Part shown: one piece after another, positions 19,550-29,500 of the stretch
Layout of the letters: every line of letters starts with the position of its first letter
Position numbering within the stretch: the first letter of the stretch is position 1
Assembly (NCBI RefSeq): GCF_049243625.1
Contig: NZ_CP046975.1
Strand: one strand, 5' to 3'
Length of the DNA stretch: 32,000 bases
Source: Corynebacterium amycolatum
Lineage (GTDB): Bacteria; Actinomycetota; Actinomycetes; Mycobacteriales; Mycobacteriaceae
The notes under the pieces: model-generated
The model's input: the letters and a program-made list of their open reading frames with translations, nothing else
The model's database searches: none
Told to the model about the DNA's origin: nothing
Translations under genes and position numbers: made by a program

Positions 19550-20061
19550 GTGAATCTCAGGCGAGCCAGCCACAGGGCAATGGCGCGGAGGATTACACCG
19601 CTGCCGACCGCGAGGCCCTGCGCGCCTACCGCGAGGGGCGTGACCTGAGTGAAGGCGGCAAGTATGGCCCGCTCGGTGCGGGACACGATCCGGCTAAGGA
19701 CCCGCTGAAGGGTCTGCGCGGTGTTATGTCCGGCACGCTGATTATGCAGGCTATCTCGGTGCTGCTTGGTCTGACTGTGGTTACGCGCATTCCCGACGGT
19801 CAGATTAACCAGACCTTCTCGGTTACGTACATCACCATCCTGGGCCTGGCTCTGATTGCGATGGCTTTCCTGCAGAAGCAGCCCTGGGCGCTGAAGGCCA
19901 ACATTGTGCTGCAGGTCTTTGGTGTGCTGGCTATTTTCACACACGTGTCGATGGGCGTGGTGGGTATCTTCTTCGCACTAGTGTGGGCCTACATTCTGCA
20001 CCTGCGGAAGAACCTCATCCAGCGTATGGAGCGCGGTCTGTTGACCACCCAGCACTCGTAG
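19546..20061 (+). CDS. DUF4233-like small membrane protein (Rv2446c position)
   Basis: ATGA overlap with folC. Three predicted TM helices after LKGLRGVMSGTLIMQAISVLLGL. It occupies the same position between folC and ndk as Rv2446c. Confidence 0.8.
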   Translation: MSESQASQPQGNGAEDYTAADREALRAYREGRDLSEGGKYGPLGAGHDPAKDPLKGLRGVMSGTLIMQAISVLLGLTVVTRIPDGQINQTFSVTYITILGLALIAMAFLQKQPWALKANIVLQVFGVLAIFTHVSMGVVGIFFALVWAYILHLRKNLIQRMERGLLTTQHS

Positions 20062-20104
20062 ATTTCCCGCGCTCGTAGTCGCGCTGGGTTACGCTGCACA
20101 TTTC

Positions 20105-20141
20105 ACCCCGCTGCACCACCACTCCGGTGCAGCGGGGTTTG
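20105..20141 (+). terminator. Hairpin after the DUF4233-like gene
   Basis: ACCCCGCTGCACC (20105-20117) pairs with GGTGCAGCGGGGT (20126-20138), followed by TTTG. The U-tract is short. Confidence 0.55.
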
Positions 20142-20160
20142 TCATAGTATGATGCACACC

Positions 20161-20571
20161 ATGACTGAACGTACTCTTATTCTGATCAAGCCGGACGGCG
20201 TTTCCCGCGGTCTGGTCGGCGAAGTTATCTCCCGCATCGAGCGCAAGGGCCTGAAGCTGGTCGCGCTTGACCTCCGTGTTGCTGACGAGGCAACTGCGAA
20301 GGAGCACTACGCAGAGCACGTCGATAAGCCGTTCTTTGGTGAGCTGGTTGATTTCATCACCTCTGCACCGCTGGTCGCTGGTGTTATCGAGGGCCCGAAC
20401 GCAATCGCTGCTTGGCGTCAGCTCGCTGGCGGCACCAACCCGGTTGAGGCCGCAACTCCGGGCTCCATCCGCGGTGACTTCGCACTTGAGGTTGCTAACA
20501 ACGTTGTTCACGGTTCTGATTCCCCGGAGTCCGCTGAGCGCGAGATTGGTATTTGGTTCCCGAACCTCTAA
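20161..20571 (+). CDS. ndk: Nucleoside diphosphate kinase
   Basis: [14 protein letters not shown]..., [23 protein letters not shown] with the active-site His in NVVHGSD. Start trimmed to ATG 20161 by homology with the remembered corynebacterial Ndk. Confidence 0.96.
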   Translation: MTERTLILIKPDGVSRGLVGEVISRIERKGLKLVALDLRVADEATAKEHYAEHVDKPFFGELVDFITSAPLVAGVIEGPNAIAAWRQLAGGTNPVEAATPGSIRGDFALEVANNVVHGSDSPESAEREIGIWFPNL

Positions 20572-20610
20572 ACGTTGACGGTTCAGCATTGACCCGTAAG
20601 CGTTGAACTG

Positions 20611-20655
20611 GCGCCGAACTGAGCAAGCAATTGTTTGCCGGTCCGGCGCTTTTTG
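20611..20655 (+). terminator. Candidate terminator after ndk
   Basis: GCGCCG (20611-20616) pairs with CGGCGC (20644-20649). An inner stem pairs GCAAG with TTTGC. TTTTT follows. The structure is branched or imperfect. Confidence 0.4.
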
Positions 20656-21141
20656 CTTGTCGACGACCGTGGGGTGGCCCTTCAGCGGGCTGTACGTGTG
20701 AATGCGGGCACAGGCTGCAAATGTGAAACTGTGCGAGTTTCTGACACTTTCGGCCATTTTTCGAGCTATTTTTGTCATAAACGCAGTCAGTAACTCGGAT
20801 TGGCCCGCCGCCACCAATGTCGGTGCGCGCCACCTGCTCGATATGTGCGACAATGGACAGCAGCAGTTGTGCCCGGGAGTTCGCTCCGGTGGATGAGATA
20901 TTCCGCATGTGATCGCTGAATCCCCGAGTCAGCCGGAAGGCCTGCCAATAAGACTTTCATAATTGTTCATCGTTTTCGGCCCTCTATCTGCGCGTATGGT
21001 GCAAATGAAGTGGCTGTCGCAACATCGTTGCTCCGCCTGGTTCCCAAGGCCACAACGGATGTAGGCGCACATGGAATGACAAAGAGTGCGCTTCCTGTTG
21101 TCGGGTTTTGCGTGGTGGGGTGTCAAGGAGAAACAAATACA

Positions 21142-24100
21142 GTGGCAAATTTCAGCCAGGATGTTGTCGCTAAGGCACGCGAATTTGATCGCGAGTCGGC
21201 GGCTCTGAAAACCCGAGTCCACCACCTGGCCAAGAGCTTGGGGTTGACCTCGAAGGAAACCATCGAAGCTCTGGGACACGCGGGGATTGTTGTAAAGTCC
21301 GCTGCGTCCACCATTAATCAAAATCAGCTCGACGCGGTGCTGAATTTCATCGGCGATCATCCAGAGGGTGCCTCGCTTAACGACGGATCCGCTGCGACCA
21401 AGCAAACCGGCGAAGAGTCGGCCGCGAAGGAAAAACAGTCGGCAGGTAAGCCGAACGCGGCGGATGAGAAGTCGGACGAGCAAACCGCAGCTAAGTCCGA
21501 GAAGAAATCAGCTGCTAAGAAGAGCAGCAAGAAGTCGGCTGCGAAGAAGGCCACAAAGAAGGCCGACCAGAAGGATGCGCCGAAGGCAGAAAAGAAGGCC
21601 GACCAGAAGGCAGCTCAGAGCGAAGCGGAGTCGGACGCAGCGCCTGCTGAGGAAGTGACCGAGAAGAAGGACGCCAAGAAGGCCTCGGCTAAAAAATCCT
21701 CGGCAAAGCAGAGCGCAGAGAAGCAGACTGAAGAGAAGCAGAGCGACGAGAAGAAGAGCACGACTAAGAAGCGGGCAACGCGTAAGCGGGCTGTGAAGAA
21801 GACCGCTGGAGCTCCGGAAGAAACCGCAGCGAAGGACGAGCAGAAGGACTCGAACTCGGTCGTCGAGGAAGCGGTTGAGGCTGTAGTTCAGTCGTCATCG
21901 AAGAAGGCTGCAGATAAGAATACTGCCGACACCGTAGCCGAGACCGCTGAGAAAACTTCCGCTGAGAAAGCGTCCGCCGAAGCACCTGCTGCAAAGAGCG
22001 CTGCAGTGACCACACGTCGTGGTCGCCGAGTTCGCCGTGCGGTCCGCACGACCAGCGCTCCAGTGGCAGAGGGGACTCGGGAAACTCAGGAAGCGCAAGG
22101 ACCGCAGGATACACAGGCAACTCAGGGCGAAGCCCTGCAGGACATCGAGCCGCCGATAGTCCCGGAGCCGCCGGTTGCGGAAGAGCAGACCGCGTTTGCG
22201 CCTATCTTCCTGGCTCCGCAGGCTGTGCCGGCCACGGCCAAGAATTCGGCCACCGAGGATGCAGCTTCGGCTGACAGCGGTGCCTCCAACCAGGATTCCG
22301 ATGACAACGCGGGGGAGGGGCAGGACGGCTCGTCGTCAAGCGAAACGGAGCGTCAGCCGCGGCCGCGCCGTCGCCGTCGTGGACGTGGGCGTCGTAATGA
22401 TGATGCTCAGCAGGCGGAGAAGACCACCGAAAACGCAGAGCGCGAGGAGGCGGAAACCCGCGAGGAGGTCGAAGAGCCACAGGCGATTAAGGGCTCGACT
22501 CGCCTGGAGGCGCAGCGCCGTCGCCGTATCGAACGTCGTGAGGAATCGCGCAAGCGCCACGTGATCTCGGAGGCTGAGTTCCTGGCTCGCCGTGAGTCGG
22601 TGGAGCGCACGATGGTGGTGCGTGAGCGCAAGCGCCATGACCACGCGGGCATTGTCACTGAGGTGGGTGTGCTGGAAGATGACCTGTTGGTCGAGCACTT
22701 CGTTACCTCTGACACGCAGACTACGCAGATCGGCAATATCTACCTCGGTCGCGTGCAGAACGTCCTACCCAGCATGGAAGCGGCGTTCATTGATATCGGA
22801 ACCGACCGCAACGGTGTCATTTACGTAGGTGACCTGAACTGGAAGCTGCTGGGCACGAAATCGCGTTCGCGCAAGATTGAACACGCGCTGAAGGCCGGCG
22901 ACCAGATTCTGGTCCAGGTGTCCAAGGATCCGATTGGTCACAAGGGCGCGCGTCTGACCACTCACATTTCGATGGCTGGTCGATTCCTGGTGTACGTGCC
23001 GGGCGGCCGAAGCGCGGGTATTTCCCGCAAGCTGCCGGAGCCGGAGCGCAAGCGCCTGAAGTCGATTCTGAGTGAGGTTACGCCGGAGGGCTCGGGCACG
23101 ATTATTCGCACCGCGGCCGAGGGCGTGTCCAAGGAGGCCATCGAGGCCGACATTAAGCGCCTGGAATCGCAGTGGCAGGAAATCTGGGAAGCCTCCGAGG
23201 CGGCGAAGGCGAAGCGCGGGGCAAAGCCGATTGCGCTGTACGAAGAGCCGGACATGCTGGTCAAGGTCGTCCGCGACGTCTTCAACGAGGACTTCTCGCG
23301 TCTTGTGGTGGAGGGCGACCGTCCGTGGAACACAGTGACGGACTACATCGGCGACCTGGCACCGGAGCTGGAGCCGCGTCTGCAGCGCTACTTCGCCAAG
23401 GAGCACGGCGACGCTGACGTCTTCGAGCACTTCCGCATCGATGAGCAGCTGGCCAAGGCACTCGACCGCAAGGTCTGGCTGCCTTCGGGCGGCACGCTGG
23501 TCATCGACCGCACCGAGGCCATGACGGTCATCGACGTCAACACCGGTAAGTTCACCGGTGCTGGCGGAAACCTGGAAGAGACGGTCACTCGCAACAACCT
23601 GGAGGCCGCTGAGGAAATCGTCCGCCAGATGCGTCTGCGCGATCTGGGCGGCATGATTGTCGTCGACTTCATCGACATGGTGCTGCCGGAGAACCAGGAC
23701 TTGGTGCTGCGCCGTCTGAAGGAGGCGCTCGGCCGCGACCGCTCGCGTCACGAGGTCTCCGAGGTCACCTCGCTCGGCCTCGTCCAGATGACGCGCAAGC
23801 GTCTGGGCACAGGCCTGCTGGAGACCTTCTCCACGCCGTGTAGCTGCTGTAATGGCCGTGGTCTGATTATCCACATCGACCCGGTCGAGCAGGACAATCA
23901 GAGCCGTGGTCACAAGAACGGTCGCCGCAACGAAGAGCAGGGTAAGTCCAAGCGCCGCAACAAGTCGCGCTCGGAGCACAATCCGGCCAACCACCCGGCG
24001 GCGCTGGCCATGCACCGCGATCAGGGCGACCAGGCAGGCACTTCCAAGACAACGCTTGACGACGACACGGAAACCAACCAGCGCGATAAGGAGGCAGCCG

Positions 24101-25215
24101 ACAAGCGAGTTGCAGCTGCTGTCGAAGCTGTCATCGTCTCTTCTGGGAACGATGAGCCGAAGCCACCGCGTCGTCGCCGGGTTCGTAAGAGCCAGGGCCG
24201 AAACGATGAGCAGCGACAGGACGGCAATGGCCGTCAGGAGCGCCGCGAGCGTGATGAGCAATCGGACAACTCCAATGATCTGGCTGCTCTGGCTGCCGCA
24301 GCTGTTGCGGAAGCCCGTGCGAAGGATCCGGAAGAGCCATCGGATGACCGTTACATGCCGCAGGAGGGACAGCGCCGCCGCCGTCGGGCTACGCGTCGCC
24401 GGGTAGCGGAGCATGTCGCCGTTGATTCGGCTGCACGCGACGCTGATGACCGCGACGAAGAACATGGCGATCGCCGCAAGCGTTCGGAGCGCCCGACTCG
24501 TGCTGAGCGTGCCGAGCGTACCGATAACGGTGGCACCGGTGGAGGCCGTGGCGACGCTGAACGCTCCAGCAGCGCCAGTGCTCGACGTCGCCGTCGTCGC
24601 GCTGTTCGCCGTACGGCTGTGAATGAGACCACTGCGCCTCAGGCCGAGTCCCAGGCAGCTTCCACCACAGATGTGCGGGAGCCAGCCGAGGATGACAAGG
24701 GCGGCAACGCTAACAAGACCGCCAAGGCTGTGGCCACGGAGTCCCAGACCTATGAGGAGGCCAAGGAGGCGTTCGAGCGTTCCCCACGTCGTCGTCGTCC
24801 GACTCGCGGTAACTCCCGCTCGGATCGCGCACCGCGTCGCGAGGACTTCGAGTCCACTAAGCCAAAGGCGGACGCTGAAGGCAGCAAGGGCGGAGATCGT
24901 GCAAAAGACAACCACGATGACAGCAACCGCAGCGCCAACCGCAGTGGCGGTGGCCGTCGCTCGGGCAAGTCGCGGGTTGAAGTGGTAGCGGTCCAGGGCA
25001 CGGGAGCTCGCCGTAATCGCCGTCGGGCGGTGCGCAGGGTCTCGTCGCAAAGCGATGCTGGAGCGACTGCGCCGAAGCAGCGACAGGGCACTTCAAACCG
25101 CGCCACTAAGCCAGAGCAGAAGCAGGCTAATCGCGGTGCTGCGGCGACGCAGAAGAAACCGGCCAATCGTCGCCGCCGAGTGCGTCGTGCGGTGCGCCGA
25201 AGCGGCCGGAACTAA
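21142..25215 (+). CDS. rne: Ribonuclease E/G family endoribonuclease, unusually long (about 1357 aa)
   Basis: S1 domain (IGNIYLGRVQNVLPSMEAAFIDIG), DNase-I-like subdomain (VIDVNTGKF, MIVVDFIDM), Zn-link CSCCNGRG. I trimmed the 1401-aa ORF to GTG 21142 because AAGGAG lies at 21125-21130. The N-terminus has an IF2_N-like segment (TRVHHLAKSLGLTSKETIEALGHAGIVVKSAAS), followed by Lys/Ala/Glu-rich low complexity. The C-terminal third is Arg-rich. Confidence 0.93.
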   Translation: MANFSQDVVAKAREFDRESAALKTRVHHLAKSLGLTSKETIEALGHAGIVVKSAASTINQNQLDAVLNFIGDHPEGASLNDGSAATKQTGEESAAKEKQSAGKPNAADEKSDEQTAAKSEKKSAAKKSSKKSAAKKATKKADQKDAPKAEKKADQKAAQSEAESDAAPAEEVTEKKDAKKASAKKSSAKQSAEKQTEEKQSDEKKSTTKKRATRKRAVKKTAGAPEETAAKDEQKDSNSVVEEAVEAVVQSSSKKAADKNTADTVAETAEKTSAEKASAEAPAAKSAAVTTRRGRRVRRAVRTTSAPVAEGTRETQEAQGPQDTQATQGEALQDIEPPIVPEPPVAEEQTAFAPIFLAPQAVPATAKNSATEDAASADSGASNQDSDDNAGEGQDGSSSSETERQPRPRRRRRGRGRRNDDAQQAEKTTENAEREEAETREEVEEPQAIKGSTRLEAQRRRRIERREESRKRHVISEAEFLARRESVERTMVVRERKRHDHAGIVTEVGVLEDDLLVEHFVTSDTQTTQIGNIYLGRVQNVLPSMEAAFIDIGTDRNGVIYVGDLNWKLLGTKSRSRKIEHALKAGDQILVQVSKDPIGHKGARLTTHISMAGRFLVYVPGGRSAGISRKLPEPERKRLKSILSEVTPEGSGTIIRTAAEGVSKEAIEADIKRLESQWQEIWEASEAAKAKRGAKPIALYEEPDMLVKVVRDVFNEDFSRLVVEGDRPWNTVTDYIGDLAPELEPRLQRYFAKEHGDADVFEHFRIDEQLAKALDRKVWLPSGGTLVIDRTEAMTVIDVNTGKFTGAGGNLEETVTRNNLEAAEEIVRQMRLRDLGGMIVVDFIDMVLPENQDLVLRRLKEALGRDRSRHEVSEVTSLGLVQMTRKRLGTGLLETFSTPCSCCNGRGLIIHIDPVEQDNQSRGHKNGRRNEEQGKSKRRNKSRSEHNPANHPAALAMHRDQGDQAGTSKTTLDDDTETNQRDKEAADKRVAAAVEAVIVSSGNDEPKPPRRRRVRKSQGRNDEQRQDGNGRQERRERDEQSDNSNDLAALAAAAVAEARAKDPEEPSDDRYMPQEGQRRRRRATRRRVAEHVAVDSAARDADDRDEEHGDRRKRSERPTRAERAERTDNGGTGGGRGDAERSSSASARRRRRRAVRRTAVNETTAPQAESQAASTTDVREPAEDDKGGNANKTAKAVATESQTYEEAKEAFERSPRRRRPTRGNSRSDRAPRREDFESTKPKADAEGSKGGDRAKDNHDDSNRSANRSGGGRRSGKSRVEVVAVQGTGARRNRRRAVRRVSSQSDAGATAPKQRQGTSNRATKPEQKQANRGAAATQKKPANRRRRVRRAVRRSGRN

Positions 25216-25598
25216 GTATTAAAAATTTGGAATAAGGCCAGATAGGAGGCTGTTTTTCGTTCCCTAAAGCAGGGGGTGGAAAGTGGCTTCGGAAACTGCC
25301 CGAGAAGACCGTGAAAACCAATGGGGGACAGGGTCCTACTCGGGCAGTTTGTAATTTAGGGGGATTTTTCGCTACTCTTGACCAGTCGCTGATTAGTAGG
25401 CGTATCTGGTCATGCCCACTGGTGCTTGAGGCGCTGGCGGTAAGGAAACGGCCAGAGCGGGGAAATCTACTCGGATTTGGCTTTCGGGTATGTCCCTGAA
25501 GTGTTCTGCACACGCAACTAATCGCAATTCCATTGTCCAGTCAAGGAATTACAAAGATTCCTTGAGTCGAGTTTCTCAGATAAAGGGGTAGCCCTCCT

Positions 25599-25907
25599 AT
25601 GTACGCGATCGTCAAGACCGGCGGCAAGCAGTACAAGGTTGCCGAAGGTGACCTCGTCAAGGTCGAGAAGATCGAGGGTGAGCCGGGTTCGTCCGTGGCT
25701 CTCACCCCGGTTCTGCTCGTCGATGGCGCAGATGTCATTGCGGATGCCGACAAGCTTGCCAACGTTACCGTTAACGCAGAGATCGTCGAGGCCGTTAAGG
25801 GCCCGAAGATCCGCGGCATGCACTACAAGAACAAGACTGGCTACAAGCGCCGCTACGGCCACCGTCAGCCGCTCACTGTTCTGAAGATCACCGGCGTCTC
25901 CAAGTAA
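25599..25907 (+). CDS. rplU: 50S ribosomal protein L21
   Basis: [25 protein letters not shown]..., [17 protein letters not shown]. Confidence 0.97.
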   Translation: MYAIVKTGGKQYKVAEGDLVKVEKIEGEPGSSVALTPVLLVDGADVIADADKLANVTVNAEIVEAVKGPKIRGMHYKNKTGYKRRYGHRQPLTVLKITGVSK

Positions 25908-25947
25908 ACCGCCGAAATTCCAATTAGCTTTTCCCTAGGAGAAAATC

Positions 25948-26205
25948 ATGGCTACTAAGAAGGGTGCATCCAGCACCAGCAACGGCCGCGACTCCGAAGC
26001 TAAGCGCCTCGGCGTGAAGCGCTTCGGCGGCCAGCAGGTTAAGGCAGGCGAGATTCTCGTTCGTCAGCGCGGTACCTCGTTCCACCCGGGTGAGAACGTT
26101 GGCCGTGGCGGCGACGACACTCTCTTCGCTCTGAAGGCAGGCGCAGTCGAGTTCGGTACCCGCCGCAACCGCCGCATTGTCAGCATCGTTGAGAACAACT
26201 CCTAA
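25948..26205 (+). CDS. rpmA: 50S ribosomal protein L27
   Basis: [58 protein letters not shown] upstream. Confidence 0.97.
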   Translation: MATKKGASSTSNGRDSEAKRLGVKRFGGQQVKAGEILVRQRGTSFHPGENVGRGGDDTLFALKAGAVEFGTRRNRRIVSIVENNS

Positions 26206-26275
26206 GAACAACCTTCGGTTGTCCACATAGGATTACTGCAACGTTGAATTTGAGGCAGGTTTAACTGCCTTGCAG

Positions 26276-26325
26276 AAGAGCCGATTCCTTTCCCACTGCG
26301 AAAGGTAATCGGCTCTTTTGTTGTT
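26276..26325 (+). terminator. Rho-independent terminator after rpmA
   Basis: AAGAGCCGATTCCTTTC (26276-26292) pairs with GAAAGGTAATCGGCTCTT (26300-26317), with a 1-nt bulge. TTTTGTTGTTT follows. Confidence 0.85.
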
Positions 26326-26462
26326 TATGTCCTGTTTCGCGCCGTTAGGTTGCGAGGCAGCGTTTTGTTACCGCCTAGACTTCTGCCCGTCGGCTCGCTT
26401 AAATTAGGGCATTACTCCAGGCACTAGAAGATGGCTCTCCGCTCGGAAGTGTGTGTGATTTT

Positions 26463-27977
26463 ATGTCTCGTTTTGTAGATCGTGTCGTGCTGCATTTGCA
26501 GGCCGGCGACGGCGGTCACGGCTGTAACTCGGTGCTGCGTGAAAAGTTCAAGCCACTGGGTGGCCCCGACGGCGGTAACGGTGGCCACGGTGGCGACATT
26601 GTGCTTGTGGTAGACCCCCAGATCCATACTCTGATGGACTTTCACTTCCACCCCCATATCAAGGCTGCCAACGGTAAGCCGGGCGCTGGCGATCACCGCA
26701 ACGGCGCTCGTGGTGAGGATCTGGTTCTCGGAGTGCCGGAGGGCACGGTTGTGATGACCGAGGATGGGGAAGTGCTGGCGGACATGACCGGTAAGGGCGC
26801 CCGCTTCATTGCCGCTGAGGGCGGTTACGGTGGCCTGGGCAACGCAGCGCTGGCAAACAAGAACCGCCGTGCGCCGGGATTTGCTCTCCTCGGTGAGCCA
26901 GGTGAGGCCAAGGATCTTGTCTTGGAGCTCAAATCCATGGCAGACGTTGGACTGGTGGGCTTCCCGTCGGCCGGAAAGTCGTCGCTGGTCAGCACCTTGA
27001 GCGCTGCTAAGCCGAAGATTGGTGACTACCCATTTACCACGCTGCAGCCGAACCTGGGTGTAGTCAACGTTGGCTACGAGTCCTTCACCATCGCAGATGT
27101 GCCGGGTCTTATCCCGGGGGCTTCTGAAGGCCGTGGACTTGGGTTGGACTTCCTGCGTCACATTGAGCGCTGTGCTGTTCTCGTGCATGTGGTTGACGCT
27201 GCTGCTCTGGAGGGCGACCGCGATCCGGTCTCTGACATCAAGGCGTTGGAGACGGAACTCGCCAACTACCAGTCGGTGCTGAAGGCCGACGTGGGGCTTG
27301 GGGATCTCGCAGAGCGTCCCCGCGTCATCGTGCTGAACAAGATTGACCTGCCCGATGCTCGCGAAATGATTGACATGCAGCGCGAGGAACTGGAGAAGTT
27401 CGGCTGGCCAATTTTTGAGATCTCCACGGTGACGCACGAGGGGCTCAAGGAGCTGACCTACGGCCTGAAGGATCAGATCGCCGCCTACCGCAAGGCGCAT
27501 CCGTTGCCGACAGAGCAGGAGCCCCGTGCGGTCATCCGTCCGGAAGGGGTGCGTGGCAAAAAGCGCGAAGGCGCGGACTTCACCATCGAACGCGATCCGA
27601 ATACCCCAGACGGGTTCATTGTGCGTGGGCGTAAGCCGGAGCGCTGGATTAACCAGACGGACTTCGAAAACGACGAGGCAGTCGGCTACTTGGCTGACCG
27701 CCTGGCCAAGCTTGGTGTTGAAGATGCCCTGGCAAAGGCTGGGGCAACAGTTGGCTGCCCGGTGACGATTTCCTATCTCACCTTCGAGTGGTACCCGCAG
27801 CAGGTCGCGGGCACCGATGACTTCGTGCCGAGTGGTCGTGGTACCGACGATCGTCTCTATGTCAACGAACGCACCAGCGCCGAGCAGCGTAAGCGTGCAT
27901 CGCAGGCCCGCCGTGGTCTGATTGACGAGTACGATTTCGGGGATGGCGAAGAGGCTATTCGCGACCGGTATTCATAG
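26463..27977 (+). CDS. obg: GTPase Obg/CgtA
   Basis: Obg fold ([31 protein letters not shown]). G1 [10 protein letters not shown]3 DVPGLI, G4 NKIDL. The C-terminal OCT-like domain ([36 protein letters not shown]) is also present. Start taken at ATG 26463. Confidence 0.95.
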   Translation: MSRFVDRVVLHLQAGDGGHGCNSVLREKFKPLGGPDGGNGGHGGDIVLVVDPQIHTLMDFHFHPHIKAANGKPGAGDHRNGARGEDLVLGVPEGTVVMTEDGEVLADMTGKGARFIAAEGGYGGLGNAALANKNRRAPGFALLGEPGEAKDLVLELKSMADVGLVGFPSAGKSSLVSTLSAAKPKIGDYPFTTLQPNLGVVNVGYESFTIADVPGLIPGASEGRGLGLDFLRHIERCAVLVHVVDAAALEGDRDPVSDIKALETELANYQSVLKADVGLGDLAERPRVIVLNKIDLPDAREMIDMQREELEKFGWPIFEISTVTHEGLKELTYGLKDQIAAYRKAHPLPTEQEPRAVIRPEGVRGKKREGADFTIERDPNTPDGFIVRGRKPERWINQTDFENDEAVGYLADRLAKLGVEDALAKAGATVGCPVTISYLTFEWYPQQVAGTDDFVPSGRGTDDRLYVNERTSAEQRKRASQARRGLIDEYDFGDGEEAIRDRYS

Positions 27978-28033
27978 GCGCGGGCGCCAGCGTCGTCGGC
28001 AAGCGAAGACTTCAAACTTGCATTTTGCCATTG

Positions 28034-28047
28034 ATTGTTTAAACAAT
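28034..28047. promoter_or_regulatory. Perfect 14-bp AT-rich palindrome upstream of proB (operator candidate)
   Basis: ATTGTTTAAACAAT is its own reverse complement. It lies between a TTGCCA -35-like hexamer (28025-28030) and TATATG (28048-28053), about 30 nt before the proB ORF start. Confidence 0.4.
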
Positions 28048-28075
28048 TATATGGTCAGAATTAAATGAGACCGTC

Positions 28076-29425
28076 ATGTTTTCCATCAGTGAAATGAGTG
28101 AGTCAGTTATCCCTTCCGACACCGTTGCCAACGATGTTGACGTCACTGGAGCAGATGTATTAGATGCCCCGGTAGCTACCGCGCCGAAGTCTGAATCGGA
28201 CGCGCCGATTTCCCGTGAGGAGGTCGACGAGCTGCTTCACGACAATTCCGAGTCCACCGTCGCTGAGATTGAAAAGGCGACTGAGAATTTATCTCCGGGA
28301 ACCAAAGGCGGTTTCGATTCCGAGACTCGTGAGGCAATTCGGACCGCGAAGCGTGTCGTGGTGAAGATTGGTTCTTCCTCGTTGACCGGATCTGACGGTC
28401 GTACCGATCCCGAGCGCATCGACTTCATCGCCGATGCTTTGGAGAAGCGTATGGGCATTAGCGATGTCATCGTTGTGTCCTCCGGTGCGGTGGCATCCGG
28501 AATGGGGCCGCTGGGGCTGACTTCGCGTCCCACTGATTTAGCGACCAAGCAGGCGGCTGCGGCTGTGGGGCAGGTGCGCCTGGCACAGGAGTGGGGACGC
28601 TCCTTCCTGCGGTATGGTCGCACTTCTGCACAGGTGCTTTTGACCTCGGACGATGCAGGTGTGCGTTCGCGTGCTCGCAACGCCCAGCGCACTATCGACC
28701 GCCTGCGCCAGCTGGGCGCGGTGCCAATTGTCAACGAAAACGACACGGTCGCGACCTCGGAGTTCCGCTTCGGCGACAACGACCGCCTCGCCGCGCTGGT
28801 CAGTCACCTGGCGTACTGCGATGCATTGATTCTGCTTTCCGACGTCGACGGCCTCTACGACCGCAACCCGGCCGATCCAGGTGCAACCTTTGTGCCGGAG
28901 GTGCGCAGCGGTAACGACTTGCGTGGTGTTATCGCTGGTGACGGCGGTGCGCTGGGCACCGGTGGTATGGCCTCGAAGGTCTCTGCCGCACGTCTGGCTT
29001 CGCGTGCGGGTGTGCCGGTGTTGCTGACTTCGGCGTCCAACATTGAGCGAGCACTGGACCAAGCAGATGTGGGAACCGCTTTCGCCGCGAAGGACAACCG
29101 CCTGAGCGCCTGGAAGTTCTGGATGCTCTACGCAGCGGACAGCTCGGGGCTGCTTCGCCTGGACGCCGGTGCGGTCGACGCCGTAACCCGCATGCGTAAG
29201 TCGCTGCTCCCGGTCGGTATTACCTCGGTTGACGGCGAGTTCTCCGCTGGTGACATCGTCGATCTAATCGGTCCTGGTGGTGAGGTCATCGGTCGCGGCG
29301 AGGTCAATTATGACTCCGAGGAACTGCTGGGCATGATCGGCTACCACACCGAAGAATTGCCGAATGACATGCAGAAGCCTGTCGTCCATGCCGACTACCT
29401 GTCGGATTTCGCTTCCCGCGCTTAG
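28076..29425 (+). CDS. proB: Glutamate 5-kinase with an ~85-aa acidic N-terminal extension
   Basis: From [14 protein letters not shown] to [11 protein letters not shown] it is colinear with the remembered C. glutamicum ProB, including [20 protein letters not shown] and a C-terminal PUA domain. Upstream of that, the only canonical in-frame starts are ATG 28076 and 28094. Confidence 0.9.
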   Translation: MFSISEMSESVIPSDTVANDVDVTGADVLDAPVATAPKSESDAPISREEVDELLHDNSESTVAEIEKATENLSPGTKGGFDSETREAIRTAKRVVVKIGSSSLTGSDGRTDPERIDFIADALEKRMGISDVIVVSSGAVASGMGPLGLTSRPTDLATKQAAAAVGQVRLAQEWGRSFLRYGRTSAQVLLTSDDAGVRSRARNAQRTIDRLRQLGAVPIVNENDTVATSEFRFGDNDRLAALVSHLAYCDALILLSDVDGLYDRNPADPGATFVPEVRSGNDLRGVIAGDGGALGTGGMASKVSAARLASRAGVPVLLTSASNIERALDQADVGTAFAAKDNRLSAWKFWMLYAADSSGLLRLDAGAVDAVTRMRKSLLPVGITSVDGEFSAGDIVDLIGPGGEVIGRGEVNYDSEELLGMIGYHTEELPNDMQKPVVHADYLSDFASRA

Positions 29426-29500
29426 GAGGGTGTTGCGCTGAGAGCTGCAGCGCTTAAAGACGCATACCTCGGCGCGCCCGGATAGAGGTGCCTCGGCAAA

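Noticed and set aside
20089-20853. 254-aa minus-strand ORF
   Set aside because: Most of it is antisense to ndk. The remainder lies in the rne upstream region with no RBS or motif.
21010-21141. 44-codon upstream extension of rne
   Set aside because: No RBS precedes ATG 21010, whereas AAGGAG precedes GTG 21142. The extension sequence (MAVATSLLRLVPKATTDVG...) has no homolog-like character.
22765-25050. 761-aa ORF on the minus strand
   Set aside because: It lies entirely antisense to rne. Its composition is R/A/L/V-rich low complexity, it has no recognisable motif, and it mirrors the GC3 bias of the sense gene.
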